From positions 1 through 64,000 of the forward strand of contig NGBS01001160.1 in NCBI GenBank assembly GCA_002245135.1: a stretch of DNA of 64,000 bases, in the 5' to 3' direction. A program made the position numbers and the translations under genes. The notes under the pieces are model-generated. The model ran no database searches, was not told the DNA's origin, and was given only the letters and a program-made list of their open reading frames with translations. Origin of the DNA: Proteromonas lacertae (taxonomy: Eukaryota). Shown piece after piece: positions 26,064-39,584 of this stretch. Positions within the stretch are counted from its first letter, which is position 1. Every line of letters starts with the position of its first letter.

Positions 26064-26902
26064 TATAAAAATTCATACATTATATTGTGTAAATAATTGA
26101 TCTATTTCTTCCTCTGGATTTAAAAAGCTAATCACTTTATCACTAACTTTACTGCTTCTTTTACTCTTTTTCTTTTTACTATCTTCTCTTTGTTTAATTT
26201 TTTCTTTTATAAAATCTGGAACTGGTATTATTTTTATTTTTGGAGCTACTATTTTTACTTTTGGCTTTTCTAACTCTTCCCATGTTAGTTGTGATAAATC
26301 TAATGGTTTTACTTCTGTAAATTCTGTTCTATATATATTATTATATTATTATTATTTGTATACACTGGCGTTTGTGGTGTTAATTTCATTACTCCATTTC
26401 CCTTTTTCTTTCTTATTAATAATGGTTCATTATCATAAATTGGCATTTCTACTTTTACAATTACTGGTTTTATTGGCTCTTCCATTCCTTTTTCTTTCTG
26501 CTTTTCTAAATGTCTTATATCGTATTTTGCTTGTGCTTTAGAAACCCTATAAATAATATTAATATTGAAATTATACTTAATCATTTTACCATTCCATAAA
26601 CTATTATTAAAAATCTTCATCAAACGAGGAATTGCACTTTTAAAACCTTCTAATGTAATAAATCTATGTAATAACTAAATTATTAAAATCTTACGCAAAG
26701 CCTTTCATTACTCCTATTGAAGATATTGGAATTTCACATTCTGTTATTTTAACTCCCTTTACAACCGAAAACTTCTTCATTATGTCATTTTCGGTAATAT
26801 CGAGTGGTATATTGCCAACTATCAATCTAAAAAGCCAAATTCAATACTATGTAAACGAACAGAGGTTTTTAAATCATCTAATGCATTTGCATTTTCACTC
26901 AT
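24145..26902 (-). CDS. NOL8: Nucleolar protein 8-like (N-terminal RRM, acidic linker)
   Basis: N-terminal RRM (LIVGNIPLDITENDIMKKF) and a C-terminal block RFEIKKQFEGKKGRKLFEMQKR...DDRFKIDERF typical of NOL8. Confidence 0.75.
25529..25960. repeat. Intragenic near-identical coding repeats in the NOL8-like gene
   Basis: gttttaggaaaagatatttcatca occurs three times (~25619, 25724, 25925) and a ~60-nt block twice (~25529, 25763). Encodes DDEISFPKT-type units. Confidence 0.85.
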
Positions 26903-26934
26903 TCTGTAATACACAAAAAATACACATATAAAAA

Positions 26935-26945
26935 CTCGGCTTGAC
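26935..26945 (+). promoter_or_regulatory. CTCGGCTTGAC candidate promoter element between the NOL8-like and SET genes
   Basis: Exact copy of 15052-15062, in a ~100-bp divergent intergenic gap. Confidence 0.6.
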
Positions 26946-27006
26946 CAAAATAAATTTGATTTTGCTTTTCCTAAATAGCTTAAGCTTCAATCATCCATTT
27001 AATGCA

Positions 27007-29177
27007 ATGTATGCAACGCCTGATGAGAAAAAACAACATATAATAATTCCAAGAATATTTGTATATACATTTCAGTGATTTGAATAGATTTCTGAGAAGT
27101 TGAAAGATAAATTTGCTGATATGTCCTTGAAAAGGTCATATTATATTGGTATTTAAGTGCTATATGATTACATAGACATTAATAGTTGTCCTTTATATGA
27201 AATAAAGAAAGAATTGACAAAAGTACATATTAAACATGGTCAAGATGTTGTTTTGACAGAAGAGATGTATAATAATAATTTTTATTATATGAAACAATAG
27301 AAAGAAAGACATTTTAAAATATGCAAATGGGGTTGTATATAATGACACATTAGCGGTAAGAATCATCTCTGATCCAAATAATCCATCTTTCACATATTCT
27401 ACATCAGGAAGTGTTCAATATGGATGTTTTGCGTTGGAAGACATTCCAAAGAATAAAGTTTTAGGTTTGTTTTGTGGAATATATATGAAAGAAGATGAAA
27501 TTAATGAAAAAATCAAATATGTATATTAATATTATTACTAATTCTTATATCTTAATAGAAACCTGATTTGCCAGTATCACTCTATGAGACATGTAAATCA
27601 AATATCTTAATTGATGGTTTTACCTTTCGAAATGAAGCATCTTATATAAATGATTGTAGAAATGGAAATCATCGCAGAAGGAAGATGAATGTATTATTCT
27701 TTCATGCATTAATTGATGATATATTACCAGTGGTAGTTATGATTTCACTTACTGATATTGCTGAAGGTGAAGAGTTATTGTCTGATTATGGAGTAAGTTT
27801 TATTTGTTTATATATATATATAGCCAGAATATTGGAATATGATTGAAAAAGTAATTACTCCTGAATGTAGTACAACAATGAAAATCTGTAATGTATTTTC
27901 GATAATGTATTATTTAATAGAAATTGAATTATTTAGATAGAATCACCAATTATATCAAGTTAAGGAAAGTAAGTAAAAGAATAAAACAAATTAAAATGGA
28001 GAAAGAATCAAATTCTAATAGCAGTCAATCACCAAAAGTTATAAATCATTCAAATGTGATAAAGAAATCAGTAAACATAAAAAAAGAAAGTGATAATAAA
28101 CCAATCCATGTAGAATTGAATGGAAATATGGAAATGTATTTCATAATTTTTATTAATTCTTATTTTTTACTTTTTATTAGTATTTTAATAAGTGATTCAG
28201 ATTCTGAAGATGATAGTGAAGAAAGTTTAAATAGTATTCCACCAATATCAATTAAAAGAACCATACAGTATTGATATTATAGTATTAATGTTTATTGTTT
28301 TATTAGAGATGATGATAATCGTGCATCTCGTAGAATTAAATTAGACAATACTTCACCATCTACTCCATTAGATATAAATAATACTTCATCATCTCCAACA
28401 TCATCAACTTGCTCATCAATTACTACTACACCAACAGTTACACAAACCAATGTGACAAGCAATGGATATAAGAGCAGGACATTGCATATATCAAAGACTA
28501 TAAAAGGATTGCAACAACTAGAAATAGAAGATGAGTTACCAAGTGAAGAAGCTTTTCTCATTTTGTGTATATAAATGTATATTATATTGCATTTAGATCA
28601 AGATAACAGATTGTTTGAATATATTAACAAAACTTCATTATATCAACATCTTCAATGTGAATTACCAAACCATGTTTGTGAAAAATGTTGTGAATATAGA
28701 CATCTAATACTATTCTATGCATTATATATGGATTATTATCTTAAAACAAATAGTGAAATGTACATTTGTTATTCAAGGTATGATAATTCAATAGATGAGA
28801 GAATATATGAAGAAATGCTTGATTGTATTTGTTGCTATTATCGAAGATTATATCCAATAATAATGAGAGGTACAAGTGATTTGAATATGGATCCAAGAGT
28901 TGAATTTATTCAATTGGAAGAAGATACTCATGGTGATGATATTTTGTTATTCTTTTTATATAAATTCTTACATTTGATTTGTGATAATAAAGAATACTTT
29001 TCAAAACAATTTCGTTTTGATGTGATGTATTATAAGAAGGTATTTTATGTTTTATCATTTGAAGATATTCTGATTCAAAAAGATATGAGTTATATACCTC
29101 ATTTATCAAACCTGTTTGAGTATTTAGCATATCTCACCTATGCAACAGAAAGATCCTATTTATATTTATTAAATTAA
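27007..29177 (+). CDS. SET-domain lysine methyltransferase
   Basis: Spliced YGCFALEDIPKNKVLGLFCG...RNEASYIND...DIAEGEELLSDYG. Many short introns. Confidence 0.8.
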
Positions 29178-29354
29178 TTTATTATTGCTTATTTTTCTTT
29201 GTTTGAGATTATGTTTGTCTTAAACGTGTGATTCTCAAATATTTTTTGTGAATTTGTCATGATAAGTTATTTAATTACATGTGCCAATTCAAAATCATAT
29301 TTCAACAAATAAAAAATAATATTAAAAATAATAATCATTAACATAATATATCAA

Positions 29355-30995
29355 TTAAAAGAATTTCTTACCCAACGCAAATCCAGCTATAGTTCCTGCC
29401 AAATTACCTAAAAATCTACCAAAACTTCGTTTTTGTTTTATTACAATGGGTTGGACAGGTCTATTAGCAATTTCTACTCTAATTTCTTCTATTTTTTTAA
29501 TCAACATCTCAGATCTTTCCTCATGTCTTTTTCTTTCTTCCATAATTTGTTTCACCTCTTCTTCAGTTTTATTCTTCTCTTCTTCCTTAAGCTTCATTGC
29601 TTTCTTGTGAGATGCATTATTTTCATATTCCATTCTTATCATTTCCATTTCTCCTCTCAAATACTCCATTGATTCGTTTATCATTTCATCTGTTCCTAAT
29701 AATGCTTTCTTAACTTCGGTTTCTACTTTATTCTTCACTTCTTCAAATAAGTTATAGAAATCTCTTTCAGAACAATTAAAACGATCTTTCATTGGATATA
29801 TTAGAGTCTATTAAAAGTTATATACATTTATTATTATACTTCTAATGCTACTCCACATATTCTGTTATTCTCATGATTCATAAATATTTTGTGCATTTGA
29901 CTCAACTGTGGTATTCCTTTACTCAAAAATGCATTTAATGTTTCGTATAAACTATATAATACTTCTTTATTCTCGAATGTTGGTTGTAATTTATTATTTA
30001 ATAGATCTTTTACATAATACAATACTGATTTTTTAAATTCATCACTAATATCCCTCATATCACCTTTAAAATCATCAGTTTCTACATCATCTCCTGGATG
30101 AGGTAATCCATAACAATCTATATATTTGTAACAACTTTTTATCAACTCTAAATTCTATAATTATTATATTACACAAAGAAAACTATACATTCTGTAAAGA
30201 TTTATCTTTTGTATTAAATAGTTTATGTTTAAAATCATTAATTTCATTCAATTGTTCTTCTAATTCTTCAGATTCATACTTGTAATCTCTTATTAACAAT
30301 TCAATTCCACAAAATGAACCATTGGCTTTTTCTTTTTCTGGAGGACAATACTCTACCAATAATCGAAGATTTGTCATATCACTTGGACCAATGATTCCTT
30401 TCTGATTCAATATCAATACTGAACTCATTAAATTCGATATTCCAAATAGTACTTGATCACTTCCATTTGAACTATCATTTGCTTCTAATCCTTATTCATT
30501 TGTAAAAAGTAAAATATTATACTTCAGCATCAACTAATAAAACTGCCATGTTTTGGGATTTGTCACTAGGATTTGGGATAATAAAATAATGATTCAACAT
30601 CCTTATTCCCTTTGTACATGGTATATTCCCAGCTTTCCATCCAAATCCACTTGAATTACTACTACTTCCATTTAAACAACCACAATCCAACCTTAAATCT
30701 TCTATACGAATATCGTTTATATCTATTACATTTATATAATATAATATTCTATATACCTCTACATTCTTCAAATTTGAACAATATTGAAATCATTATATCC
30801 AATAAGGTTGATTTTCCTGTTCTAGATTCACCAGATACATTCAATATAGCAATCGGAATGTCATCTGGTAGACTTCTGCATATATCCAAGAGATTATCTT
30901 TCTTCAAGTCTAATTTCTTCTTATCCCAATTAACTATCTATTTTAATATATTTTTATTATCTTTATGCTTCTACTGCTAAACAGTTTCTATTCAT
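29355..30995 (-). CDS. GBP/atlastin-family large GTPase
   Basis: G1 VSGESRTGKS, G2 GFGWKAG...TKGI, G3 LLVDAEG, LLIRD, then a coiled coil and a C-terminal Gly-rich hydrophobic tail. Confidence 0.85.
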
Positions 30996-31100
30996 TATCT
31001 CACAGATTATTATTTAGATTTGATAATTGTGTATAAATGATTTAATTGGATATTACTATGTAAAAACTAGTTTCATGTATAAACTATTATGTAAAAATAG

Positions 31101-31141
31101 AAATTACATAAAAACTGAAACGACTCATTTTTATGTAATTT
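31101..31141. promoter_or_regulatory. 14-bp perfect inverted repeat in the divergent GBP promoter
   Basis: aaattacataaaaa (31101-31114), a 13-nt spacer, then tttttatgtaattt (31128-31141). Confidence 0.6.
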
Positions 31142-31159
31142 ATTTTTTTAAATCATATC

Positions 31160-32663
31160 ATGCCAGCTTCCAACTATGAAGTGATTCATGTATTATATTT
31201 TTATTTTATTATACTTATTATACTTATATATGAATAGATTATATCATGCGATGAATATGGTCATTTAAGTTTTGATTCTAGAGGATTTAAAAGCGTTTTA
31301 GACAAAATTCCTGATATTCCAATTGTTATATATTCTGTTGCTGGTAAATATAGAATAGGAAAGAGTTTTCTATTAAATTCATTAATTCCAGTTTTAGAGT
31401 ATTACAGAGACAAAGGAACTATGGAAGGTTTTAGGAAGGAAGATTTAGATTTTCATATGCATGGCACAAAAAGTTTTGTCTATAAAGGAGGACATGATTC
31501 TACAACAAAAGGAATTCATCTATTAAACACACCATTTATAGTTCCGAATCCACACGATTTAACTAAAAAAGTTGCAATTTTGTTAATGGATAGTCAAGGA
31601 TTAGATGCAATAGATGTGAATGGAGGTGTTGATCAAGTATTATTCACGCTGACTAATTTCTTATCATCTCATATAATATATAATGTTTGTGGTAATATTG
31701 AACCAAATAAACTACTAAGTTTAATATCTTTAGCAAGTCATTCTAAGGTATAAAAGAATTAATTAATATTATATTAATAATAAATAGGATCATAGAAAAG
31801 ATATGTTTAGTTCATTAGATATTTTAATTCGAGATTATAAATTTAAAAAACATGATATAGAAAGCATGAGAATGGAGAGTGAAAACTATGTAATAAATTT
31901 ATCCAGTACGAAAGGATCAATAGTAGAAGTATGATAATGAAGTTTTATATAATATTTATAGATAAATTTAAGAGAATTAAATGAATATTTTCGATTTGTG
32001 AGATGTTATCCTTTACCATTTCCTGGAAGAAAAGTAGAATTAGTTAAATTTGATGGAAATAAAGATGATATAAAGAAAGAGTTTATAGATTTAATTTATG
32101 ATTATATATTCATACTTTCTGATGAAGATCATATAGTATCCAAATTCGAAAGTGGTGAACAATTATTGAAATTATTTGAGACAATGTGTAAAGAGACTTT
32201 AAACAAAGAAAGAATAAATGCTGATGAATTTTATAGAATAATAACTGAGAATAAAGATAACAATACATTTAATAGATTCAAAACTGAATGGCTTAATCCG
32301 TTAAAAATGGAAAGTCTTAACTTAAATGTTATAGAATTTGCAGATCGAATTGAAAAAATAAATGCTGTATTTGAGGATGTAATAAATAGTTTATATTATT
32401 TTGATGAAAAGAGAATAAAAATGTTTCACACTGAAATTATCTCAATAGAAAGTGAGTATTATAATGATGTAGATATAAAGAAAGAGAAAGCTAGTTTAGA
32501 AGAGAAAAAGAGATATCTTCAACAAGAAAGAGAATTATTTAATAGACAACAGTCACAACAACAAAATTATCAAAATCAGTTAAATCAACTGCGAAGTATT
32601 GCTGAACCACCACCTACTTACGTTTATCACCATAAGAAAAAGAAGAGATGTGTAATTATGTAA
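31160..32663 (+). CDS. GBP/atlastin-family large GTPase with polybasic tract and CaaX motif
   Basis: G1 SVAGKYRIGKSFLLN, TTKGIHL, LLMDSQGL and ILIRD. C-terminus HHKKKKRCVIM*. Confidence 0.88.
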
Positions 32664-32703
32664 TATATCTTTAGTACTTTAACACAATTAATAAATTTAA
32701 AAT

Positions 32704-34148
32704 TTAATCATCTAATTCATCTAAAAATGATTGTAACTTGGTTGAATAGTTTTCTAATCCGCATCTCTCTAAACATTGACATATTCGTCTAAAATCATCA
32801 TTTTCATTTTTTCTTTTAATAAACTCTTCCAATAAATCTATGTTTGGAGATTTTTCATATATATCTTTGTTTAGTATAATTCCTATTGATGATAGATATA
32901 AACTAAAACATTTCAAAATAGTCATCTTTATTTCTGGTGTTGCTTTTATATTTTCATATTCTTCATCTGTACAATCAGTTGGGAAAATATACTATTAATG
33001 CAATTAATAATCTTAAATATTATATATATTTATACTTGCAAATAGTCATGATGGAGAGTTAAATAGTTTTCATTTTCAAATTTCCATTCTCTCATTATAT
33101 AACTAATATATTCATCTCCGTTATATATTTTACATTTATTCATTAAAAAGTTGATTATATTAAACTCAGTTTCACTATTACTCTCTATATCTCTTTCAAT
33201 ATCATTTTCATTGTTACTTTTTATTACTTCTTCATTATATCCATCTAATGGCTCACTTGCTGGTTTTGTTTGATAATAATCATCATCATCATTAATTATT
33301 TCTTCTTTATACTCATTTAATTGATCAGTTAATGGTTTTGTTTGTATTTCTGTAATACAATCATTCTCAATTTCTTCTTCTTCTCCTTCTTCTTCATTAT
33401 CTGACGGTGTAATAATATACTTATCTTTATCTTCCTTACTGTTATAATAATTATACTCTTCTTCTTCTTCTTCTTCTTTTTTATATCTTGGTGAATTACT
33501 AATAGCAGGTGAAATCATATACTTTGTTGGTCTATAATTGTTACTAATTGTTCCAAAATTGTATGAAGATTGATTGATATTCGAAATAGTTTCACTTCCT
33601 GTCGGTCTTTTCATTGGTGAATATGTCGATGAAGAATATAAATATGGATAAAGTGGAGGTGATCTGATTGGTTGTGCATATAATTCTTGTGTAGTAGAGT
33701 ATACCGGATTTGAGTATTTGGAATCAAGAGAAGTGAATGTAGGTGTCTTGGGTTTTGGTACATTATAATTACTTATAATACCACCACCTAAATATTTATA
33801 TTCGCTATAATCTCCGTAATTATTGTATTTATGAGATTTTGATGATCTGTTTACTTCAGAATAATCGTTTGTATATCTACTACCTAAATAATCATCATCT
33901 GAGTGATTTTTGTGATTTTTGTGACTTTTGTGATGAGAGTGCTTATTGGTATAAGGTGATATATTGGCTGAAGTAATAGCAGGAACTGGACTGAATTCAT
34001 TTCTTTTTCTACTGCTAGATCTTAATTTAGGATTTATGTTTACACTAATTTGATTATTAAAATATTTTAATTTGATAGGACTATGTGTAGCAATCCTAAT
34101 TTTGCAATCTGGAGTATTTATTGTCAGAATAGGATTAGATATAGCCAT
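32704..34148 (-). CDS. Uncharacterised Ser/Tyr-rich and acidic low-complexity protein
   Basis: 372-aa ORF spliced to a final exon ending at 32704. Confidence 0.6.
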
Positions 34149-34251
34149 TTTAAAAAGAGTGTAATTTACTTGTCATTTTGACATTTTTATTCTTGTTTTA
34201 TAATTTTTTCAATTTTCTCAATTATTTAAGTAGTTCTAGAGTATATTAAAG

Positions 34252-35261
34252 ATGTTATATCATGTATATATATTACTCTAATAATATTAGACAACATTAC
34301 CATTGGCGGTTACAATTTGCTTAGTTGCTACATTATGTTTAGTATTAGCCCTTTATTTACTGCCTAATTCAATAAGTGAACTACAAAGAGATCATCCTCA
34401 TTTCGTATATATATGTAGTTCATTTCTGTATAGATTATTGCAAGGACAATATGGTTCATGATAATGGCTGTTGTACTATTTAATGTTTTAGGCTATTTTC
34501 AAATCAATGATACTGATATAACATTTTATGAATGGTTAGGAATAAGAAAGTATAGATTGCTAGAAGCAATAATACTTCCATTCATTTTATTAGTTATTCT
34601 ATACATGGGTCCAATACTTTATGGAATATACTATATAATTAACACGAAAAGAGAATTTGATGCGTATTTCCATTTAAATTTCATATATATGTATATATAT
34701 ATATAGATCAAGATTCCCATGGTATCGTAATATGGCAATGAATCCATACGTTGCACTACGTAATTATTTCATTGGTCCACTATTTGAAGAATTTTATTTC
34801 AGAATTTGTATGGTTCCTTTACTAATTGGAAGTGGTTGTAGTTATTACGGTTTATTCTTTTTATCTGCATTTATATTTGGAGCAGCACATTTTCATCACA
34901 TTATTTACCATCTTAAAACTGGTGCTGAATTTAATAGTGCTTTATTCGGATCATTATTTCAAGTCTGTTATACATCAATATTTGGAATGTTTGAAGTTTA
35001 TATTTATGTCAGAACAGGTCATTTTATATCGATATTTTTGTTTCATATGTTATGTAATATAATAGAATTCCCATCATTTGATTGGACAACACCAGGTGAT
35101 GTTGGATATAATCATCGATATTGTATGTAATTAATATTTATATTGTAGTGTTTAATGTATTATCAGGAATTGGTATATGTTTGTTTATAAAGTCATTACC
35201 AATGTTAACATGTACTGATTGGTATAAATCACCGATATGGGAATACATTCATAGTAAGTAG
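34252..35261 (+). CDS. RCE1: CAAX prenyl protease 2 (RCE1/Abi family)
   Basis: RDHP, RNYFIGPLFEEFYFR, FGAAHFHH, YTSIFG and RTGH...HMLCN motifs. Four short introns. Confidence 0.92.
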
Positions 35262-35376
35262 AATATAACTGAATCTAATGATTTCATTCATGAATATTTT
35301 TATGTGAGTGTTTAAATTATACCCAATAAATACAGAAATATATATGAAAGACAACTAATGTTAAAAACATTCACCT

Positions 35377-36940
35377 TTAAGCATTAATCTTGGAAGTATC
35401 ATCTTCTTGATACTTCAAAATTAATTCATTAGATAATTTGTTATGTGTTACATATATATTCTTGAGTTTTTCAGAATCAATTATAATCTTCTCAATACCT
35501 TGTATAGTACCATCAGTAATAAGGTTATCTTCTAAATATACATGCTCCAATTTAGTTAATTGAGTTAATAACTTTGATAATACTGCAATAGTGTCTTTTG
35601 ATACTTTACCAGCATTCTTACTATCATCATAATCACTTTCTAATTTATTATTTTCTAAATAAATTGTTAATAACGTTTCATTAGGACCTTGCTCAACTAA
35701 TGCATCTACAATCAAATTAAGATAGAATTGATTCATTCCAGTATTACCTAAATCTATTGCTATTAATGATTTTGAAACTTTCTTTAAATAAGAACATAAG
35801 TTATCTATATTCATATTAGCTGTTTCACTCTTTTTACCATCTGGGATTAATGGGATATTTGTTAAATACATATATTTTAATGACTCAAATTGTGATAAAC
35901 ATTGGAATAAACCATTTATTTGATTTTGTTGAATTTGACACTTTGAACAATCAAAAGATTTCATTTGAGAACAATAAGTTAAACCAATTGTCAATTTCAA
36001 AAAATCAACGGGTGATAATTGCTTCATTGTATCATCAAATAAGAACAAGTTTGTATTATTTGCATCAACTAAACCTCTATTTAATTCTTCTTTTATACTC
36101 CAATCTTCAATTCTTCTGTAAATTTTGTGTAATATTTTCTTACCATTTTTACCTCTAGTTAATTCAATGAATACTTCTAGTATTGGAGCTACGTTATTTT
36201 CATCTAATGAATCCATGTAAGTCTTTAATTTAGTGATGATATGATCCATATTTTGATAAGATAACAAATATCTTGATGGAACATTCTTTAAGAAGAATGA
36301 TACTGTTTTAATATCACTCATCATGATTTCATCACCTAAAGCACCTAACGTACTGACCTGTGTACAGTATTTGTGATATAATGGTAAAGAAAGATCATTT
36401 GTTCCATCTAAGTATAAACTATGGCATTTCATGTTTGCAGCATCAGCTTCAACTAAAGCATTTTGGAAATCTACAGAGTGTATGAAAACTCTGTTTAAAT
36501 GAGTGAACATTTTCAAGTAAGAGTAGAATTCACGGACATCTTTCCATTTTAGCCAATTGACTGAATCGAAGATGATATCGTAAGCACTGAGATAATCGTA
36601 TCTGTTTAATACTTCTCTCATTGTGTCTGATAAGACCATGATTGAGCCAAGGGTCAAGATGGATGGGTGATATAAAGGTAACACAGCAAGACTTTGTAAA
36701 TAATCATCACCAATGTTCACTACGAAAGATTAGCTGTAAAAATAATACTGTTCATTACAACTGATTCTAAGAATGGGCTGGTAAGGACGCTACTTACATA
36801 ATCGTTTTGTAATGCTATAAATGAATAATTTGGATCATAATACCGTGAGCAGTTAAATCATGTTGTTCTTTGCAGTCATCATTTACAACGGGTTCATCGA
36901 TGATAATAAGGTTTTGTAAATAGCTGAGATCAAGGCTCAT
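35377..36940 (-). CDS. RNI-like leucine-rich repeat protein
   Basis: C-terminal LxxIxLxNN repeats (IDLGNT, IYLENN, VYLEDN, IYVTHN). Two 5' introns. Confidence 0.75.
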
Positions 36941-37305
36941 TGCGAAGAATTTTAGAATTTTAAAAAACAAAAATAAGAACCAATAAATTTGGAGATATAT
37001 CCCGCTTTTTGTCAATGTATGTAATTTCTACCTTTACTATGTAAATTCCACATTATCTACATGCAAATAGTCAATCGGAAATTCGAAGTATACATGTTAT
37101 TTATGAATATGTAAAGATTATTTTGATGTTTTTTTCAGGTGTTAATTCTGAAATATGAAAATTAACTCTCTTCTTCTTTTAATAGATATGAAATAAGATA
37201 ATTAATATATATTTGAAATATTTACCCTTAAAATGTGATAAAAATAATATATTACATAATATATGGCTTGACATCCGTTTGATCATTTTAAAATCAAAAA
37301 TAAAA

Positions 37306-39384
37306 ATGTCATTTGAAGTGATTGCTAGAAAGCCTAGTCCAGAAGAAAAATCTGCAGAATATTTACTACAGAATCCATACAATCTGAATATTTATAAAGG
37401 GACCGAAGATTTGCAGAAACAGTTGAATGTTTTGTTTATGAATCAGAATAATGAAGTTAGTGAATTGCTACAACAAATAGATAATTTAGAAAATGAATAT
37501 GCAGAGGAAGAAGAACAACAAATCCCATCCTTCTCATATACAACTTATCCAATGAAAACATTAGAACCTCCATATCAGTATAATGCTTATGTTCAAGTAA
37601 ATCCATCTGTAAATCTACATTATACTGATTTTGGTGAAGTTCAGTCAATGTATGATATAACAAAAGAAGAAAAACAAATGCAAGATGCACAGCAATTGAT
37701 CAAAAATTATAAATCACAATTAATATTCCTACAAGAACAAAATACCAAATTGCTTGATAAACATCCAATAGAAATTACTGTACCATCAGAAACATCAGTT
37801 AAACATATGGTCAATGATAATATGAATCTAAAACAAGTTTTACTCGAAATAGAAAGAATCACCAAAACTGACAATTCTTCAATCAAAGATAGACTATTAT
37901 CATTATTGCATTTGAAATCTCAACAGAAAGTTTATTTGTTATCTAAAATTAGAGATCTTATATATCAAACCAGTAGGTCTTATGATGATGAAGAAGAAGA
38001 AGATAATAATGGTGAAAAAAGTTTTAAAGAAAATAGTAAAAATATCAATCAAAAATTATCATTATTTCAATACTACAAACTTGAATATGATAATGAAATA
38101 AAGCAACTGGATAAAGAAATAATTGAATTGAGAAAAGAATTGGATTTTTATATTAAATTAGAAGAGAAGAACAACAACAACAATAATAATATCACCGAAA
38201 ATGATATAAAGAAACATATTCAATTATTCTATGACAAAATCAACACTTATTTAATAAGAATAGAAAATGATTGTGATGGAATAATCAATAATCATGAAAA
38301 TCAACAGAAACAACAACAATTACAATACATTAATAAAACTAAGAACAAGAGATCTCAATCAGCTCCAAAACTAAAGAGTAATAATAATAATTATTATAAC
38401 AGAAAAAGTCTACTAACTCCAACAACAACATTATCATCTACAGTTAATAATAATCGATTATCTACTCAAAGTTACATCTCCAAATCAACATTATTAATGG
38501 AAAAAGATATCAGTAGTAATGTTCATAGATCTATTACATATTTACGAGGTGAAATATATAAACAAATTGAAATATTAAAGAAGGAATGTCATACTTATTT
38601 ATTCAATAAAACAATGGAAATGGAACAGAGAATAAGGGATATTAATAATGAAAAAATAAAACTACAAGCATCAAATATAATAGAAACAGAAAGGAAACAG
38701 AAAGTGGTGAATGAGAAGTTGGTTAATTTGAAGAAAGTGTTTTATAAGAAATATAAAGATGAAGTGATGAAACAAATCAAAAAATTAGAATCTGAACAGA
38801 ATGCTTATAGAAGCTGTATTAATAATATATTGGAGAATTCAAATACAAATGCAAAGACAATTGAACAGTTGTCGTCATTGTACAATCAACAGCAGAAGAG
38901 GTATGATATGATTGTGAATAGATTAGAATTAAAAGAAGAATTGGATAAAAGTTATGAATTACAATATGAAGAGAGTAATAAAGAGTTTGAAAGATGTATT
39001 AATCAACAGAATATTAAAATAAAGGAATTAGAGAAATCTTACCAAAATACACTTAAATCTTATAGTAATAATGGCAATAATGTGAATTTGGATGATATAT
39101 ATACGTATGAAGGCAAAAATGAAGAAGTATTGAATGTGATACACTTCTACGAAAATAAAATGAAGAAAATGGAATTATTCTACCTACAGAAGTGTGATAA
39201 ATTGATAGAAATGTTGGGAGATAAAGGTGTTAAAATTGATAGAAATAGTTTTCTTGGTAGATATTCCAATGCTATCATAAATCCACCTAAAACTCATCAA
39301 CCAGTCATATTTAAGCCAAAATCTCGTTCTAACAGTAATTTAAAGAAACATGGGTTAATAACTAAACCAATAAAATTAGTATAA
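37306..39384 (+). CDS. Uncharacterised long coiled-coil protein
   Basis: Intronless ORF rich in K/E/Q heptads. First ATG at 37306. Confidence 0.7.
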   Translation: MSFEVIARKPSPEEKSAEYLLQNPYNLNIYKGTEDLQKQLNVLFMNQNNEVSELLQQIDNLENEYAEEEEQQIPSFSYTTYPMKTLEPPYQYNAYVQVNPSVNLHYTDFGEVQSMYDITKEEKQMQDAQQLIKNYKSQLIFLQEQNTKLLDKHPIEITVPSETSVKHMVNDNMNLKQVLLEIERITKTDNSSIKDRLLSLLHLKSQQKVYLLSKIRDLIYQTSRSYDDEEEEDNNGEKSFKENSKNINQKLSLFQYYKLEYDNEIKQLDKEIIELRKELDFYIKLEEKNNNNNNNITENDIKKHIQLFYDKINTYLIRIENDCDGIINNHENQQKQQQLQYINKTKNKRSQSAPKLKSNNNNYYNRKSLLTPTTTLSSTVNNNRLSTQSYISKSTLLMEKDISSNVHRSITYLRGEIYKQIEILKKECHTYLFNKTMEMEQRIRDINNEKIKLQASNIIETERKQKVVNEKLVNLKKVFYKKYKDEVMKQIKKLESEQNAYRSCINNILENSNTNAKTIEQLSSLYNQQQKRYDMIVNRLELKEELDKSYELQYEESNKEFERCINQQNIKIKELEKSYQNTLKSYSNNGNNVNLDDIYTYEGKNEEVLNVIHFYENKMKKMELFYLQKCDKLIEMLGDKGVKIDRNSFLGRYSNAIINPPKTHQPVIFKPKSRSNSNLKKHGLITKPIKLV

Positions 39385-39584
39385 AATGAAATTTGTATTT
39401 TTTATATGATTAACTATTCTTGATTGTATTTAATATTTCGTTTCATTATGTGTTCATAAATGCGTATTCATATTGAGCAGAAGAATTAGATTCATATTCG
39501 ATGAGATTTTTAAAATGCATTTTAATAAAAAGCTTGAAAGACAAGTTTTCAATAACGATTAAAATCGTTTTATCTTAAAACAGG

